From a virus (lineage: Duplodnaviria > Caudoviricetes), in the IMG/VR virus record IMGVR_UViG_3300035524_000069, positions 1-37,815 of that record: a DNA stretch of 37,815 nt. One strand, written 5' to 3'. The notes under the pieces were generated by a model. It made no database searches and was not told the DNA's origin. It was given only the letters and a program-made list of their open reading frames with translations. Shown in pieces: positions 16,456 through 26,065 of this stretch; position 1 is the stretch's first letter, and every line of letters starts with the position of its first letter. A program made the translations under genes and the position numbers.

Positions 16456-16919
16456 AACTTCACATCCTCATCGATACCAGGGAGCAAACTCCCTGGTCAT
16501 TCGATGAAACTATAGAGACCACTGTTTGCACTCTTAAAACAGCAGACTACGCCCTAGCCGAAGATGACCACTTCGGAATCGAGCGAAAGAGCCTCGATGA
16601 CTTTTTAGGCACTATTTCAAGTGGGTGGCCCCGCTTCGTCCGTGAACTCGACCGGATGGACAAAGCAAAGTGGGCCGCAAAGGTCATCATCATAGAAGGC
16701 GACTATGCCAACTGTACTTTCCACGAGAGCAATGGTGAGCTCATACCTCCGGAACACAGACACTGGATGCTAACGCCCCAGTTTATCGAAAAGCGAATTG
16801 CTGAACTAACGATGCGGAATGTCTCCGTGTTATTCGCAAAGAATCCTGAATTAGCAGCCGGATTGGCAGCAGCCATATTCAGAGAAAGAAGAAATTATCT
16901 CAATGAGCACAAAGATTGA
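16446..16919 (+). CDS. ERCC4/XPF-family nuclease (candidate resolvase)
   Basis: ILIDTREQ, LKTADY, IERKSLDDF. Confidence 0.9.
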   Translation: MGLELHILIDTREQTPWSFDETIETTVCTLKTADYALAEDDHFGIERKSLDDFLGTISSGWPRFVRELDRMDKAKWAAKVIIIEGDYANCTFHESNGELIPPEHRHWMLTPQFIEKRIAELTMRNVSVLFAKNPELAAGLAAAIFRERRNYLNEHKD

Positions 16920-18153
16920 AACTTTAGTGATACGTAACTTTAAACGCGTAACCCTTGCCGAGGTTGAATTCGGCGAAAATGGCCTGACCATCTTAGGTGG
17001 AGGCAACACACAGGGAAAATCCACATTCCTGGATGCTATCAAATCCTTAATAGGTGGTAAGAAATATCAACCATCCGAGCCTCACAACCGCAACTCAGGC
17101 GGTGCCACTGCCGTAGTTAGAGCTAGACTCTCAAACGGGATAGAAGTTGAGCGAAGCGGCTCAGGATCCTCCCTGAAGGTCATCATTGATGGAAAGCGTG
17201 GAAAACAAGCCACCCTCAATGAATTCCTCAACGAGTTCGCCCTAGACATCAACCGATTCATGAGGGCCACAGATGCCGAAAAGTCAAAGATGCTCATTGA
17301 GCACTTAGGCATTGGCGATGCACTCGAACAGCTCAACAAGAAAGAGAAAGCCCTGTTCGACGAACGCACTATCGTAGGACGTGAAGCCACTAACAAGCGA
17401 AAAGTGGCCGATACCCTACCCACTTACGACAACGCTCCTGAAGCCCGCGTAAACCTTTCTGAGTTGATCACACAGCAACAGACCCTCGCAGCTGAGAACT
17501 CGAAGCACAATGAGCGATTGTCTCACCTGGAAAAGGTCCGTCAGGACGGTGTTGATCGACGCAACCGAATTGCCGAACTGGAGCAACAACTGGCCTCTGA
17601 ACAAGCAAAGCTTGAAGAATACAAGGTTCAGTACTTCGAGATCAAAAAGGAAACAGACGCATTCACACCTCACGATCTCACCGAAGTTGAAAGCCAGATC
17701 AAAAATGCAGAGTCCCTCAACCTGATGTTTGACGCCAATAAAAAGGCCAAGGCCGCAGCTGATGAAGCTAAAGCCAGTGAGAAAGAACAGCAGGACCTTA
17801 CCGATTGCATCAACGAAACCAGAGAGCAACGCCAGAAGCTCATGGAGTCGATCAAGATGCCACTGCCAGAACTCAGCATTGATGATGGCAAATTGGTCTA
17901 CAAGGGCCAGCTATGGGACTGCATGAGTGGTGCTGAACGTCTGAGAGTATCCACGGCCATATCACGAGCCTTTAAGCCCGAATGCGGCTTCGTCCTCGTA
18001 GATGAGCTTGAACAAATGGACTGGAAAACCATCCAGGAGTTTGATGCTTGGGCACGCAATGAAGGCATTCAGATCATCGGGGCCATGGTATGCGATGAAG
18101 ATAAGGCCAGCGACAACGTGATCATCATTGAAGACGGAAAGGTTAAGCAATGA
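16903..18153 (+). CDS. SMC/Rad50-like coiled-coil ABC ATPase
   Basis: IRNFKR, Walker A GGNTQGKST, long coiled coil, signature MSGAE, Walker B VLVDE. Confidence 0.88.
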   Translation: MSTKIETLVIRNFKRVTLAEVEFGENGLTILGGGNTQGKSTFLDAIKSLIGGKKYQPSEPHNRNSGGATAVVRARLSNGIEVERSGSGSSLKVIIDGKRGKQATLNEFLNEFALDINRFMRATDAEKSKMLIEHLGIGDALEQLNKKEKALFDERTIVGREATNKRKVADTLPTYDNAPEARVNLSELITQQQTLAAENSKHNERLSHLEKVRQDGVDRRNRIAELEQQLASEQAKLEEYKVQYFEIKKETDAFTPHDLTEVESQIKNAESLNLMFDANKKAKAAADEAKASEKEQQDLTDCINETREQRQKLMESIKMPLPELSIDDGKLVYKGQLWDCMSGAERLRVSTAISRAFKPECGFVLVDELEQMDWKTIQEFDAWARNEGIQIIGAMVCDEDKASDNVIIIEDGKVKQ

Positions 18154-18347
18154 TACCACTCGAAGAGCACTTTGCCGACATGGCTTACACAGTCTACTGC
18201 CAGGCAGTAGGAGGATATGCTTTTAACGGCGACAAGTTACCCACATGGGATGAATTCAAAAACGATCCAACAAAGCAAAAGCAAGTAGCAGCATGGATCG
18301 CTGTTGGACGGATGATCCAATTAACAGAAGAAAGAGCCCATCAATGA
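18150..18347 (+). CDS. Hypothetical protein
   Basis: ATGA overlaps at both ends. Confidence 0.7.
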   Translation: MIPLEEHFADMAYTVYCQAVGGYAFNGDKLPTWDEFKNDPTKQKQVAAWIAVGRMIQLTEERAHQ

Positions 18348-19231
18348 AGCAGGATGAGACATTATGTCTCTCGGTAGATCATGTCCGCTACCCTGCAGAA
18401 ACTGTAGAACATGCCAATTGGTTCATCTTCGTTGGCACCAGGAGCGACGGAAGCGAAGTCCCTTGCAAAGGCAATATGGCTTGGCGACCACGTCCTAAAG
18501 AACGACTGAAACTCACAGGAATATGGACCACATACCAGGGGAAAAGAGAGTTTAGCTTTAAACAGGCGGCTCTCGATCTTCCAACCGATTCCAGAGGCTT
18601 GCTTCACTATGTTTGTGAACTGGCCTCCGGAGTCGGACAAGCTCTTGAAATCCAAATATGGGAAAAGCGTGGCGAGGATTGGACGAACATCCGCGAGGGT
18701 GAGATTCCACGCCTCAACGGCCGGGTATATGACAATCTGATCAGAGCTATCGAGCGAGCTGAAGGCGACAGAGCTAAAGGCGCAGCAATTGCGGAATTAC
18801 TCAAAGCCGGATGCTCAATCAACATGGCCAATGCAGCTTATGAGCTATGGGGATCCGATACGCTCGGAGTTGTTATGAGCAACCCCTACAGGCTCGCAGA
18901 GCTACCCAATTACGGCTTTACCAACGTCGATGGAGACATCCGCGTCTATTACGGGATTGGAGATTCAGACGAAAGACGCATCCGATCTGCAGTGGTTTAT
19001 GTCCTTAGACAGATCACCAGTAATGGGTCCACATTAGTTCCCTGGGATGTTCTGCAATCTACGTGCATTTCAAAGCTAGGTGGCTACCAGAATCTAGTGG
19101 TTCAGGCCGTAAAGGATATGTTCAGCGAAGGCACCCTTCGGGGCTTCAAGACTTCACGGTCCATTGCATTGGCCAGCGATTACAAAAACGAATCGACCAT
19201 ATGGGAATTCATATCACAGGAGGCCATCTGA
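18344..19231 (+). CDS. RecD2-like helicase N-terminal module (OB fold plus helix-hairpin-helix)
   Basis: LKLTGIWTTY..KREF, SGVGQALE.QIW, NPYRLAELPNYGFTNVD, RIRSAVVYVL...NGST; start ATG 18344. Confidence 0.8.
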   Translation: MKQDETLCLSVDHVRYPAETVEHANWFIFVGTRSDGSEVPCKGNMAWRPRPKERLKLTGIWTTYQGKREFSFKQAALDLPTDSRGLLHYVCELASGVGQALEIQIWEKRGEDWTNIREGEIPRLNGRVYDNLIRAIERAEGDRAKGAAIAELLKAGCSINMANAAYELWGSDTLGVVMSNPYRLAELPNYGFTNVDGDIRVYYGIGDSDERRIRSAVVYVLRQITSNGSTLVPWDVLQSTCISKLGGYQNLVVQAVKDMFSEGTLRGFKTSRSIALASDYKNESTIWEFISQEAI

Positions 19232-20415
19232 TGAAACTGGATGAGACACAACTCAAGGCCGTGGAAAAGGCTGTCAGTGACAAATTCTGCATCATTACAG
19301 GTGGTGCCGGAACGGGTAAAACAACCATCATCAAGGCCATCCTCGAGCAGCTACAAAGTAAGAGTCAGACCGTTTATCTATGTGCGTTCTCCGGAAAGGC
19401 TGCAGCCCGGCTGAAGGAAGCGACCAAGCAGGAGGCATCTACTATTCACCGAATGCTCGGTTTCATGGGTACCAAGTTCACTGTAGAATCCTTACAAGGC
19501 AGATGTGTTATCGTCGACGAGGCTTCAATGGTGGACTCGGAGCTCATGGCCGAGATCATCAAACGCAACCCTGACAAACTGGTCCTGGTCGGTGATGAAG
19601 CACAGCTACCACCCGTCGGGAAAGGACAGCCATTTCACGATATTATCGCCCTGCGATCCGATGTTGTTTGCAACCTGACCACATGCTACCGAAACAGCGA
19701 AGCAGTCTTCAGGGCCGCGACAGCCATCAGAAACGGTGAACCGGTAGAGGACTTCGAAAAGAGCGAGAATGAGGTTTGGCGCATCCTTCAGACAGGAAAC
19801 GATGAGCACACTCACATGGCCATCATCGATCAGGTCAAACAAGGCTTCTTTGATTTCGACCAAGATATCATCCTTTGTCCTAAGAACGGCAACAGGGAGA
19901 TGGTCGCCAGCGTTGACGGTTTAAATGCCGACATCGCGGCGATCATTCACCCTCGAGAACCACATGAAACCTTTGTGGTGGGTGACCGTATCATGAACAC
20001 AAAGAACCTTCCTGAGAAGGATATCTGGAACGGCACAACCGGCAAAGTCATAGCGGTAAATATGGATGGCGGCGTCCACATCGACTTAGACGAACCCGTG
20101 ATCGATTGGAAGCGTTCATCGTCCACAGACATCTTCTACAAGACCCAAATAAAGCTCACCAAGAAGGAAGCAAAGGACCTCAAACTGGCCTATGCCATGA
20201 CGGTCCACAAGTCGCAGGGGTCGCAATACCGGAACGTGGTATTCGTGTGCTTATCGCGCGATGCCAGGCAACTACTGAACCGGCCATTGATTTACACTGC
20301 AGTAACCAGAACCAAAGAGAAGTGCATCGTCATTGGAGAACGTTGGGCCTTCCAGCATGGGTGCCAAACCCTCACGGCCAAATCAACCATCATCCAAGAA
20401 CTAGCATCCTCATAA
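19231..20415 (+). CDS. RecD-like SF1B helicase motor
   Basis: ITGGAGTGKTT, IVDEASM, LVGDEAQLPPVG, AYAMTVHKSQGSQY, YTAVTR; AGGAGG at 19218 and TGATG overlap place the start at 19231. Confidence 0.92.
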   Translation: MKLDETQLKAVEKAVSDKFCIITGGAGTGKTTIIKAILEQLQSKSQTVYLCAFSGKAAARLKEATKQEASTIHRMLGFMGTKFTVESLQGRCVIVDEASMVDSELMAEIIKRNPDKLVLVGDEAQLPPVGKGQPFHDIIALRSDVVCNLTTCYRNSEAVFRAATAIRNGEPVEDFEKSENEVWRILQTGNDEHTHMAIIDQVKQGFFDFDQDIILCPKNGNREMVASVDGLNADIAAIIHPREPHETFVVGDRIMNTKNLPEKDIWNGTTGKVIAVNMDGGVHIDLDEPVIDWKRSSSTDIFYKTQIKLTKKEAKDLKLAYAMTVHKSQGSQYRNVVFVCLSRDARQLLNRPLIYTAVTRTKEKCIVIGERWAFQHGCQTLTAKSTIIQELASS

Positions 20416-20445
20416 GAACCAGAACCCTATTTACGAGGCACATAA

Positions 20446-22818
20446 ATGAATTTCTATAGTTTCAGTGAAATAAGAGAACGAGGTAACTGCATAGATTTTG
20501 CCGAACATCTTGGATGCACGTTCAAAAGCGGTCGCTGCCAGGCTTTATGGCGTGGTGGCGACGGCTTCAACGTGGCCGTAGAACCTGACCGCTGGTTTGA
20601 CCATAAGACCAAACAAGGCGGCGGCATTATGGACTTATGCATGACCGCAAAGTATCCAGGCGACATACAGGCAGCTCAAAACTACCTGGGTGAATGGCTA
20701 CACCTGGAACCAAAGCAGAAACGCGAGAAGAACCCGACCACCATCAGTGCCGGCCGATATGATGAATTAGTCCGGCAAGGCTACGTTGAAACCAAGCGTT
20801 ATACGTACAAGGACCTCGATGGAGAAATCAGACATTTCGTCGCACGTTTACACCACCCGACCAAAGGCAAAGAGTTTATCCAGGGAACACCGCAAGGTTG
20901 GGGTCTCAAGGGAGTCACTCCGATTCTTTACAGGCTCAAGGATTGGGTAAACTCAACCTTCGTATGCATCGTTGAAGGCGAAAAGGACGCAGACACAGTC
21001 CTGGACAAACTGAAATTGCCGGCAACGACCAATTGCGGTGGCTCCGAGAAATGGAGACCGGAATATTCCGAGCTATTCAGAGGCAAGAACGTAGTGATCT
21101 TACGAGACAACGATGAAGCCGGCGAAAAGCATGCAACTAGGGTGGCTAGAGAGCTACGAGAGACAGCTAAGAACATCTTTGTAATCAACCTATCGAAACT
21201 GCCTAAAGGTGACATCACAGATTGGGTGGAAAAGGAAGGCGGCACCAAAGATCAGTTGCTATCAATAATGAAACAGTCAAAGCCACTGGATAAGGAATCA
21301 CTCAATCCGGTGGACCCGGCCGTCCAAGCAGCAAAACAAGCAAACCAAACATCCTTCTCCAACTTCACCGAGGAAAAGGAACAAATTGGCTCATCCGTAA
21401 AGGTGGTAAAAAGGTCCAGGCAAATCAATGCCCTCATAGAAGACACTCATACCCGCTTTATTGGATTCCCGCGCAGAGTTGGTGGCTCATCTACGATGTT
21501 TGACCACGATCGCATGACAGGAGATATAAATTACCTTCACGGGCCATCAGACCTTTTTGCATGGATAGGCCGTAAAAGTAAGCAAAAGGTGTCCTGGGCA
21601 CAGGCCGATTCTATGGTCACCAAATCTGAGTTCTTCCAAGGACTTCTGGCTGAAGCTCGAACCTATGAAGCAATCAGCAATGTTCCAGACTGGCCCAAAA
21701 GAGATGACGTCTACTACGCACACCCTCCCCTTCCTAAAGCATCGCCTGGCTTCCAGTATTTCAATGATTTCGTGGATTTCTTCAATCCAGCCAGCCAACC
21801 ATATAAAACATTCCTAAAAGCCTTCATATGTGCCCCTATGTGGTATGTCAGAGGGCTACCACGGCCAGGATGGATCATTGACAGCACCGATGGTGCCGGC
21901 ACGGGAAAAACCACCTTAGTCGAGCTTGTGGCCAGGCTATATGATGGCGCACCGATCAGGACCAATAAGCAGGAGTTGAAGACAAACGTCTCAGATATCA
22001 TCAAGCGACTGGTTAGCACCGAGGGAAGACTGTCCAAGATCCTACTGGCCGACAACATCACGGGATCATTCCATTGCTCCGAGCTATCAGATTTTATGAC
22101 CGCTGAGAGCATATCCGGAAAGGCTCCATATGGACGAGGTGAAGAGACCAGGCCAAACAACCTGACTTATGTAATCACGGCCAATTCAGCCACGGTAGAC
22201 AATGACCTTTCAGACCGCTGCTATTTCATCCACGTATGCAAACCAAAGCGAACGGCCTCATGGAAGAGTGACATCATAAACTTCCTAGAGAAATACCGAT
22301 TCAACGTCTTAGCAGATATTATCGGGATGCTTGAGTCTCGTAGAGAAGACCAGTTCGATTCGGCACCTCAGACCCGTTTCCCTGAATTTGAAGAGACCAT
22401 TCTACAGGCTGTGTGTGAGGATGAACAGGAATATGCTGGAGCCCTTGCAACGCTCGGAGAAGCCCGTTCAGCCAGCAACAATGAAGACGATGACGCAAAG
22501 ACCATCATTGATGAGTTTACATCAAGGCTCATAGAAGTCGGCCGCAGACCTGGCAGCGAACAAATCTGGATCCAGAGCAGCGTGGCCAAACAATGGGTGC
22601 GTGAGATCTTCGATTACCAATTGGACGAGCAACCAATCCAGTATTTGAGGAACCTGGCCAAGAATGGATTAGCCCCATGTTTCGATGCTCATTTGGACCG
22701 TTATCCACACAACGGAGAGAAAAGAAGACGCGGAATTATGTGGAATCCGGAGAACTATGATGGCAGCGCAACTCGCATAATCGGCATAAAAGGAAGGAAG
22801 GTTGTTGAAATAATATGA
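20446..22818 (+). CDS. Primase-helicase fusion (TOPRIM plus C-terminal P-loop NTPase)
   Basis: IVEGEKDAD, ILRDNDEAG, GDITDW (TOPRIM); GAGTGKTT and LLADN (Walker A/B). Confidence 0.88.
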   Translation: MNFYSFSEIRERGNCIDFAEHLGCTFKSGRCQALWRGGDGFNVAVEPDRWFDHKTKQGGGIMDLCMTAKYPGDIQAAQNYLGEWLHLEPKQKREKNPTTISAGRYDELVRQGYVETKRYTYKDLDGEIRHFVARLHHPTKGKEFIQGTPQGWGLKGVTPILYRLKDWVNSTFVCIVEGEKDADTVLDKLKLPATTNCGGSEKWRPEYSELFRGKNVVILRDNDEAGEKHATRVARELRETAKNIFVINLSKLPKGDITDWVEKEGGTKDQLLSIMKQSKPLDKESLNPVDPAVQAAKQANQTSFSNFTEEKEQIGSSVKVVKRSRQINALIEDTHTRFIGFPRRVGGSSTMFDHDRMTGDINYLHGPSDLFAWIGRKSKQKVSWAQADSMVTKSEFFQGLLAEARTYEAISNVPDWPKRDDVYYAHPPLPKASPGFQYFNDFVDFFNPASQPYKTFLKAFICAPMWYVRGLPRPGWIIDSTDGAGTGKTTLVELVARLYDGAPIRTNKQELKTNVSDIIKRLVSTEGRLSKILLADNITGSFHCSELSDFMTAESISGKAPYGRGEETRPNNLTYVITANSATVDNDLSDRCYFIHVCKPKRTASWKSDIINFLEKYRFNVLADIIGMLESRREDQFDSAPQTRFPEFEETILQAVCEDEQEYAGALATLGEARSASNNEDDDAKTIIDEFTSRLIEVGRRPGSEQIWIQSSVAKQWVREIFDYQLDEQPIQYLRNLAKNGLAPCFDAHLDRYPHNGEKRRRGIMWNPENYDGSATRIIGIKGRKVVEII

Positions 22819-22826
22819 TCACACCA

Positions 22827-23149
22827 ACGGACAAAGCGGACACCAGATTTCTAACACTTACTTCAAAAATCATGAAAATTACGGACAAAGCGGACAGGGA
22901 AAAGAAAACACTACATATTTACGGACAATACGGACGGTTATTTGCAGAACACCTAAAAGCAAAGCTCATAAACTACGGACAAAGCACCACACGCCTTGTC
23001 CGTATGTTTGTCCGTCGGTTTTCCGCATACCTATGCGGCCTAGAAGCCATACGGACAAAACCCCACCCCCTTTATAGGAGTAGTATAGTAGTAGTATATA
23101 TATACTATAGGTTAGTACTCTATAGGGAAAAAGCTGTCCGTTCTGTCCG
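22827..23149. repeat. Iteron-like CGGAC(A) array with AT-rich palindrome: candidate replication origin
   Basis: 12 CGGAC/GTCCG copies, mostly paired (ACGGACAAAGCGGACA at 22827 and 22881; ACGGACAATACGGACG at 22921; 22975; 23051; inverted at 22996, 23007, 23135, 23144); TAGTATATATATACTA near 23092-23107. Confidence 0.75.
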
Positions 23150-23199
23150 AGAATCAAATCCTCAATTTTTGGCCCTTTGCACTGGATTTGGAGGCGGCA

Positions 23200-23730
23200 A
23201 TGAATAATTCCAAGAGATCTTCTGCTATGCTTGAGGCCAAGGCGTACTGGAAAGGCCAAGAGTCCTTACAACATGAACAGCTCGACGAGATAGCCTCGAT
23301 CATTGGCAACGAGAATACACTCAAGCTGGTAGATGCCGTGAAGTATCGCCACATCTACATCCCAAAGAAAAAGCTAACTCCAGACTCTCTCATCGTGAAG
23401 GCCCTGGGCAAGCTATGGGCTTCTATCCTGCAGGACCACTTTGCAGGTGATACCATACAGCTCTCAGGAGTCTGGAAATACCGCCGTAACAAGCGTAATG
23501 AGCGCATCCTACAAGATTACCTCAGAGGCAAGAAACCAAAGCGTCTGTCTGCCGAATATGGCATCCATATCGTTCACATACATCGCATTATCAAGGCTAT
23601 GAGAAGAAGCCCGAAAACCAAGGTTATTCCATACCAAAAAGCTGAGGAAGGGGGCCGTGGGTCCTTCTATACCAACGGGTTACGGGTGGGAAGCACACGG
23701 CAGGATTCTGATAGTTTTCAAAACCACTAG
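23200..23730 (+). CDS. Mor/C-family transcription activator
   Basis: IIGNENTLKLV...HIYIPK, HFAGDTIQL, RNERILQDY.RG...LSAEYGI....IHRII; GGAGG before ATG 23200; directly before terminase genes. Confidence 0.8.
   Translation: MNNSKRSSAMLEAKAYWKGQESLQHEQLDEIASIIGNENTLKLVDAVKYRHIYIPKKKLTPDSLIVKALGKLWASILQDHFAGDTIQLSGVWKYRRNKRNERILQDYLRGKKPKRLSAEYGIHIVHIHRIIKAMRRSPKTKVIPYQKAEEGGRGSFYTNGLRVGSTRQDSDSFQNH
23659..23700 (+). other. Candidate lambda-like cos region (cosQ/cosN)
   Basis: GGGTCCT (23659-23665, identical to lambda cosQ) then GGTTACGGG as at lambda cosN; about 50-85 bp upstream of terS; gpA-type terminase. Confidence 0.55.
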
Positions 23731-23745
23731 GGGCTCCACCACAAT

Positions 23746-24153
23746 ATGGAACGATTTTCTATATCTGAATTATCGAGGATGACGGGCTATGACAGGCGGA
23801 CCGTTACCAACCGACTGACCGGTCAAGAGGGCCTTCAGGAAGGTCGCGCAATCAAATACACGGTCCGGCAACTCATCGATGGAATTACCGACAAACTGAA
23901 CAAGGAAGCGGATGTTCTGAACCTGGAACAGGAACGTGCAAAGCTTGCCGTTGAGCAGCGTAGAAGACTCGAACGCGAGAGGGCCATAGAGGAAGGATTG
24001 CTGCTCGACTCAAACGATGTCCTCGCCATGTGGAAAAACATCCAACTCCAACAACGTCAAAAGATTCTGAATTCTGAGATTTCAGACAGCCTGAAGGCAG
24101 AACTGATCGAAGAGCTCCGAGAATTGAACTTAGAGGATTACCAAAATGTTTGA
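23746..24153 (+). CDS. terS: Terminase small subunit (Nu1-like)
   Basis: N-terminal HTH (SISELSRMTGYDRRTV), coiled coil ERAKL...EEGLLL; overlaps terL. Confidence 0.85.
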   Translation: MERFSISELSRMTGYDRRTVTNRLTGQEGLQEGRAIKYTVRQLIDGITDKLNKEADVLNLEQERAKLAVEQRRRLERERAIEEGLLLDSNDVLAMWKNIQLQQRQKILNSEISDSLKAELIEELRELNLEDYQNV

Positions 24154-26065
24154 TTTAGCCGATGTAAAAGAGATCGCAAAGAACGCTCTCAAGTCGATGG
24201 CACCAAGGCCACAGATGGAAATCTGGAGATGGGCTGAACTCTACAGAATCCTTGGAAAAGACATCACGGCAAAGCCTGGTCGGTATAGACTTTCAACTGC
24301 GCCATATCAGAAAGAACCACAAGATTCTTTCAGAGATCCAGACGTCATTGCTACGGTTCTCTATTGGGCATCTCGATTGGGCAAAACTGAGATTGTGATG
24401 AACGGAATTGGCTACACCATTGCACACGATCCACAAAGCATTCTGGTCGTATATCCGACAGAAGACAGTGCTGAGAAATGGTCTAAGAAATTCTTCGTCC
24501 CCATGGCCAACGATACCCCTCTCGTCGGCGAAAAGCTACTGGCCAACAAGGGCCGTGATGGTGGAAACACAATCCTGAACAAAGGCTTTTTCGGTGGGAC
24601 CCTTTCAATCATTGGGTCAAACTCACCCTCGAAGTTCAGACAGGTCCAGGCTCCCTTCGTTTTCTGTGATGAGATCGATGCCATGGAAGATGGTGAGGAA
24701 GGTGATCCGGTCGACCTAGCCTTCGTCCGTGCAAAGAATTTTAGAAACTCGATCAAGATCCTCTCTTCCACCCCAACCATCAAAGACGAATCTCGAATCG
24801 AGCGATGGTATGAAATGACGGACCAACGCAATTGGTTTGTCCCTTGTCGAAAGTGTGGGACTCCATGGGTCATGATGTGGAAAGACGTGGACTTCTCAAC
24901 GACGGGAACCATAAAGGAACCAGTCATCATATGCCCTCATTGCGGTGCCACTCACACAGACAAACAACGTCAGGAGATCATTCGGAATGGTCACTGGAAG
25001 CCAACAGCAGACTTCAACGGCTATCGCGGATACTGGCTCAACGGACTCAACTCATTGTTCCCTGGCAGCAAAGGCTTCATTTCACGATTGCATGAGACAG
25101 TTGAAGATTTCCTCAAGGCAAAACGCGGTGGGATGGCCACAACAAGAACCTTCGTAAACACCACCCTATGCGAAACCTGGGAAGAGAAAGGCGAGACAGT
25201 CGATGACAGCATGCTTTACAACCGCAGAGAGAAATACTTTTCCAAGGTTCCACGCGGTGGCCTTCTACTCACAGCAGGAGTGGATACTCAACCGGACAGA
25301 CTCGAAGTCGAAGTCTTGGCACATGGAGCCGGAGAAGAAAGTTGGTCCATCGATTACCGAGTGATTTACGGGGATCCAAACATTCCGGAGAATTTACCAG
25401 GTAGTCCTTGGAAAGAGTTGGCTGAACTGAAACGCGAAGCCTTCAAGCATGAAGGCGGGTTCAACGTCTATGTTGACCATATCTGCATCGACTCAGGTGG
25501 GAGCAACACCACCGCAGTTTATGAGTTCTGCAAAAAGCACAAGGGCCAACGCTTCTTTGCCATCAAGGGTCGAGGCGGCGAGGACATCCCAATCATTGGA
25601 GGCTCTCAACGTCGGAAATTCTCGAAGAAAAACAGACGTCCAGTGGACCTCTACATTGTCGGTGTAGATCAAGTGAAAGACCTGGTTTACAGCCGTCTGG
25701 CACTGGAAGAAGAAGGCCCTGGTTACTGTCACTTCCCATCTCATTACTCAGTTGAATACTTCAAGCAACTCACAGCAGAGAAGAAGGTGGTCCACTACGT
25801 CAAAGGCAAGCGAAAGCGTGAGTGGGTAAAGCCTGAAGGTCGCAGGAACGAAGCCCTCGACTGCCGAGTTTATGCCTATGCCGCAATGGTTTTAGCAGCC
25901 CCAAAGTTTGACCGCTTGGCATATCGGTTGTTCTCCAAGCAAATCGAAGAAGAGCAGGAAGGTTCGAACATTAACGCACTAGAGGAAAAGAACGAAAGTG
26001 ATGATAATGCTCCCAAGAAAAAGCGGACACGAAAGAGGAAATCATCATACGTACGAAATTGGTAG
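24146..26065 (+). CDS. terL: Terminase large subunit (lambda gpA family)
   Basis: WAELYR, ASRLGKTE, CDEID, SSTPT, CxxC pairs, AGVDTQ, IDSGG, RNEALDCRVYA. Confidence 0.96.
   Translation: MFDLADVKEIAKNALKSMAPRPQMEIWRWAELYRILGKDITAKPGRYRLSTAPYQKEPQDSFRDPDVIATVLYWASRLGKTEIVMNGIGYTIAHDPQSILVVYPTEDSAEKWSKKFFVPMANDTPLVGEKLLANKGRDGGNTILNKGFFGGTLSIIGSNSPSKFRQVQAPFVFCDEIDAMEDGEEGDPVDLAFVRAKNFRNSIKILSSTPTIKDESRIERWYEMTDQRNWFVPCRKCGTPWVMMWKDVDFSTTGTIKEPVIICPHCGATHTDKQRQEIIRNGHWKPTADFNGYRGYWLNGLNSLFPGSKGFISRLHETVEDFLKAKRGGMATTRTFVNTTLCETWEEKGETVDDSMLYNRREKYFSKVPRGGLLLTAGVDTQPDRLEVEVLAHGAGEESWSIDYRVIYGDPNIPENLPGSPWKELAELKREAFKHEGGFNVYVDHICIDSGGSNTTAVYEFCKKHKGQRFFAIKGRGGEDIPIIGGSQRRKFSKKNRRPVDLYIVGVDQVKDLVYSRLALEEEGPGYCHFPSHYSVEYFKQLTAEKKVVHYVKGKRKREWVKPEGRRNEALDCRVYAYAAMVLAAPKFDRLAYRLFSKQIEEEQEGSNINALEEKNESDDNAPKKKRTRKRKSSYVRNW
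25967..26008 (+). promoter_or_regulatory. Putative late promoter copy 3, inside the terL 3' end
   Basis: AACATTAACGCACTAGA (25967-25983), 19 nt, GATAAT (26003-26008); upstream of adaptor and portal genes. Confidence 0.7.

Noticed and set aside
22827-23149. CRISPR array
   Set aside because: Repeats are 6-16 bp, irregularly spaced and in both orientations; no cas genes
22815-23259. ORFs 22815-23207 (+) and 22966-23259 (-) as proteins
   Set aside because: Their repeats (TDKAD twice, YGQ) simply translate the CGGACA iterons; better explained as origin DNA, though a real gene is not excluded
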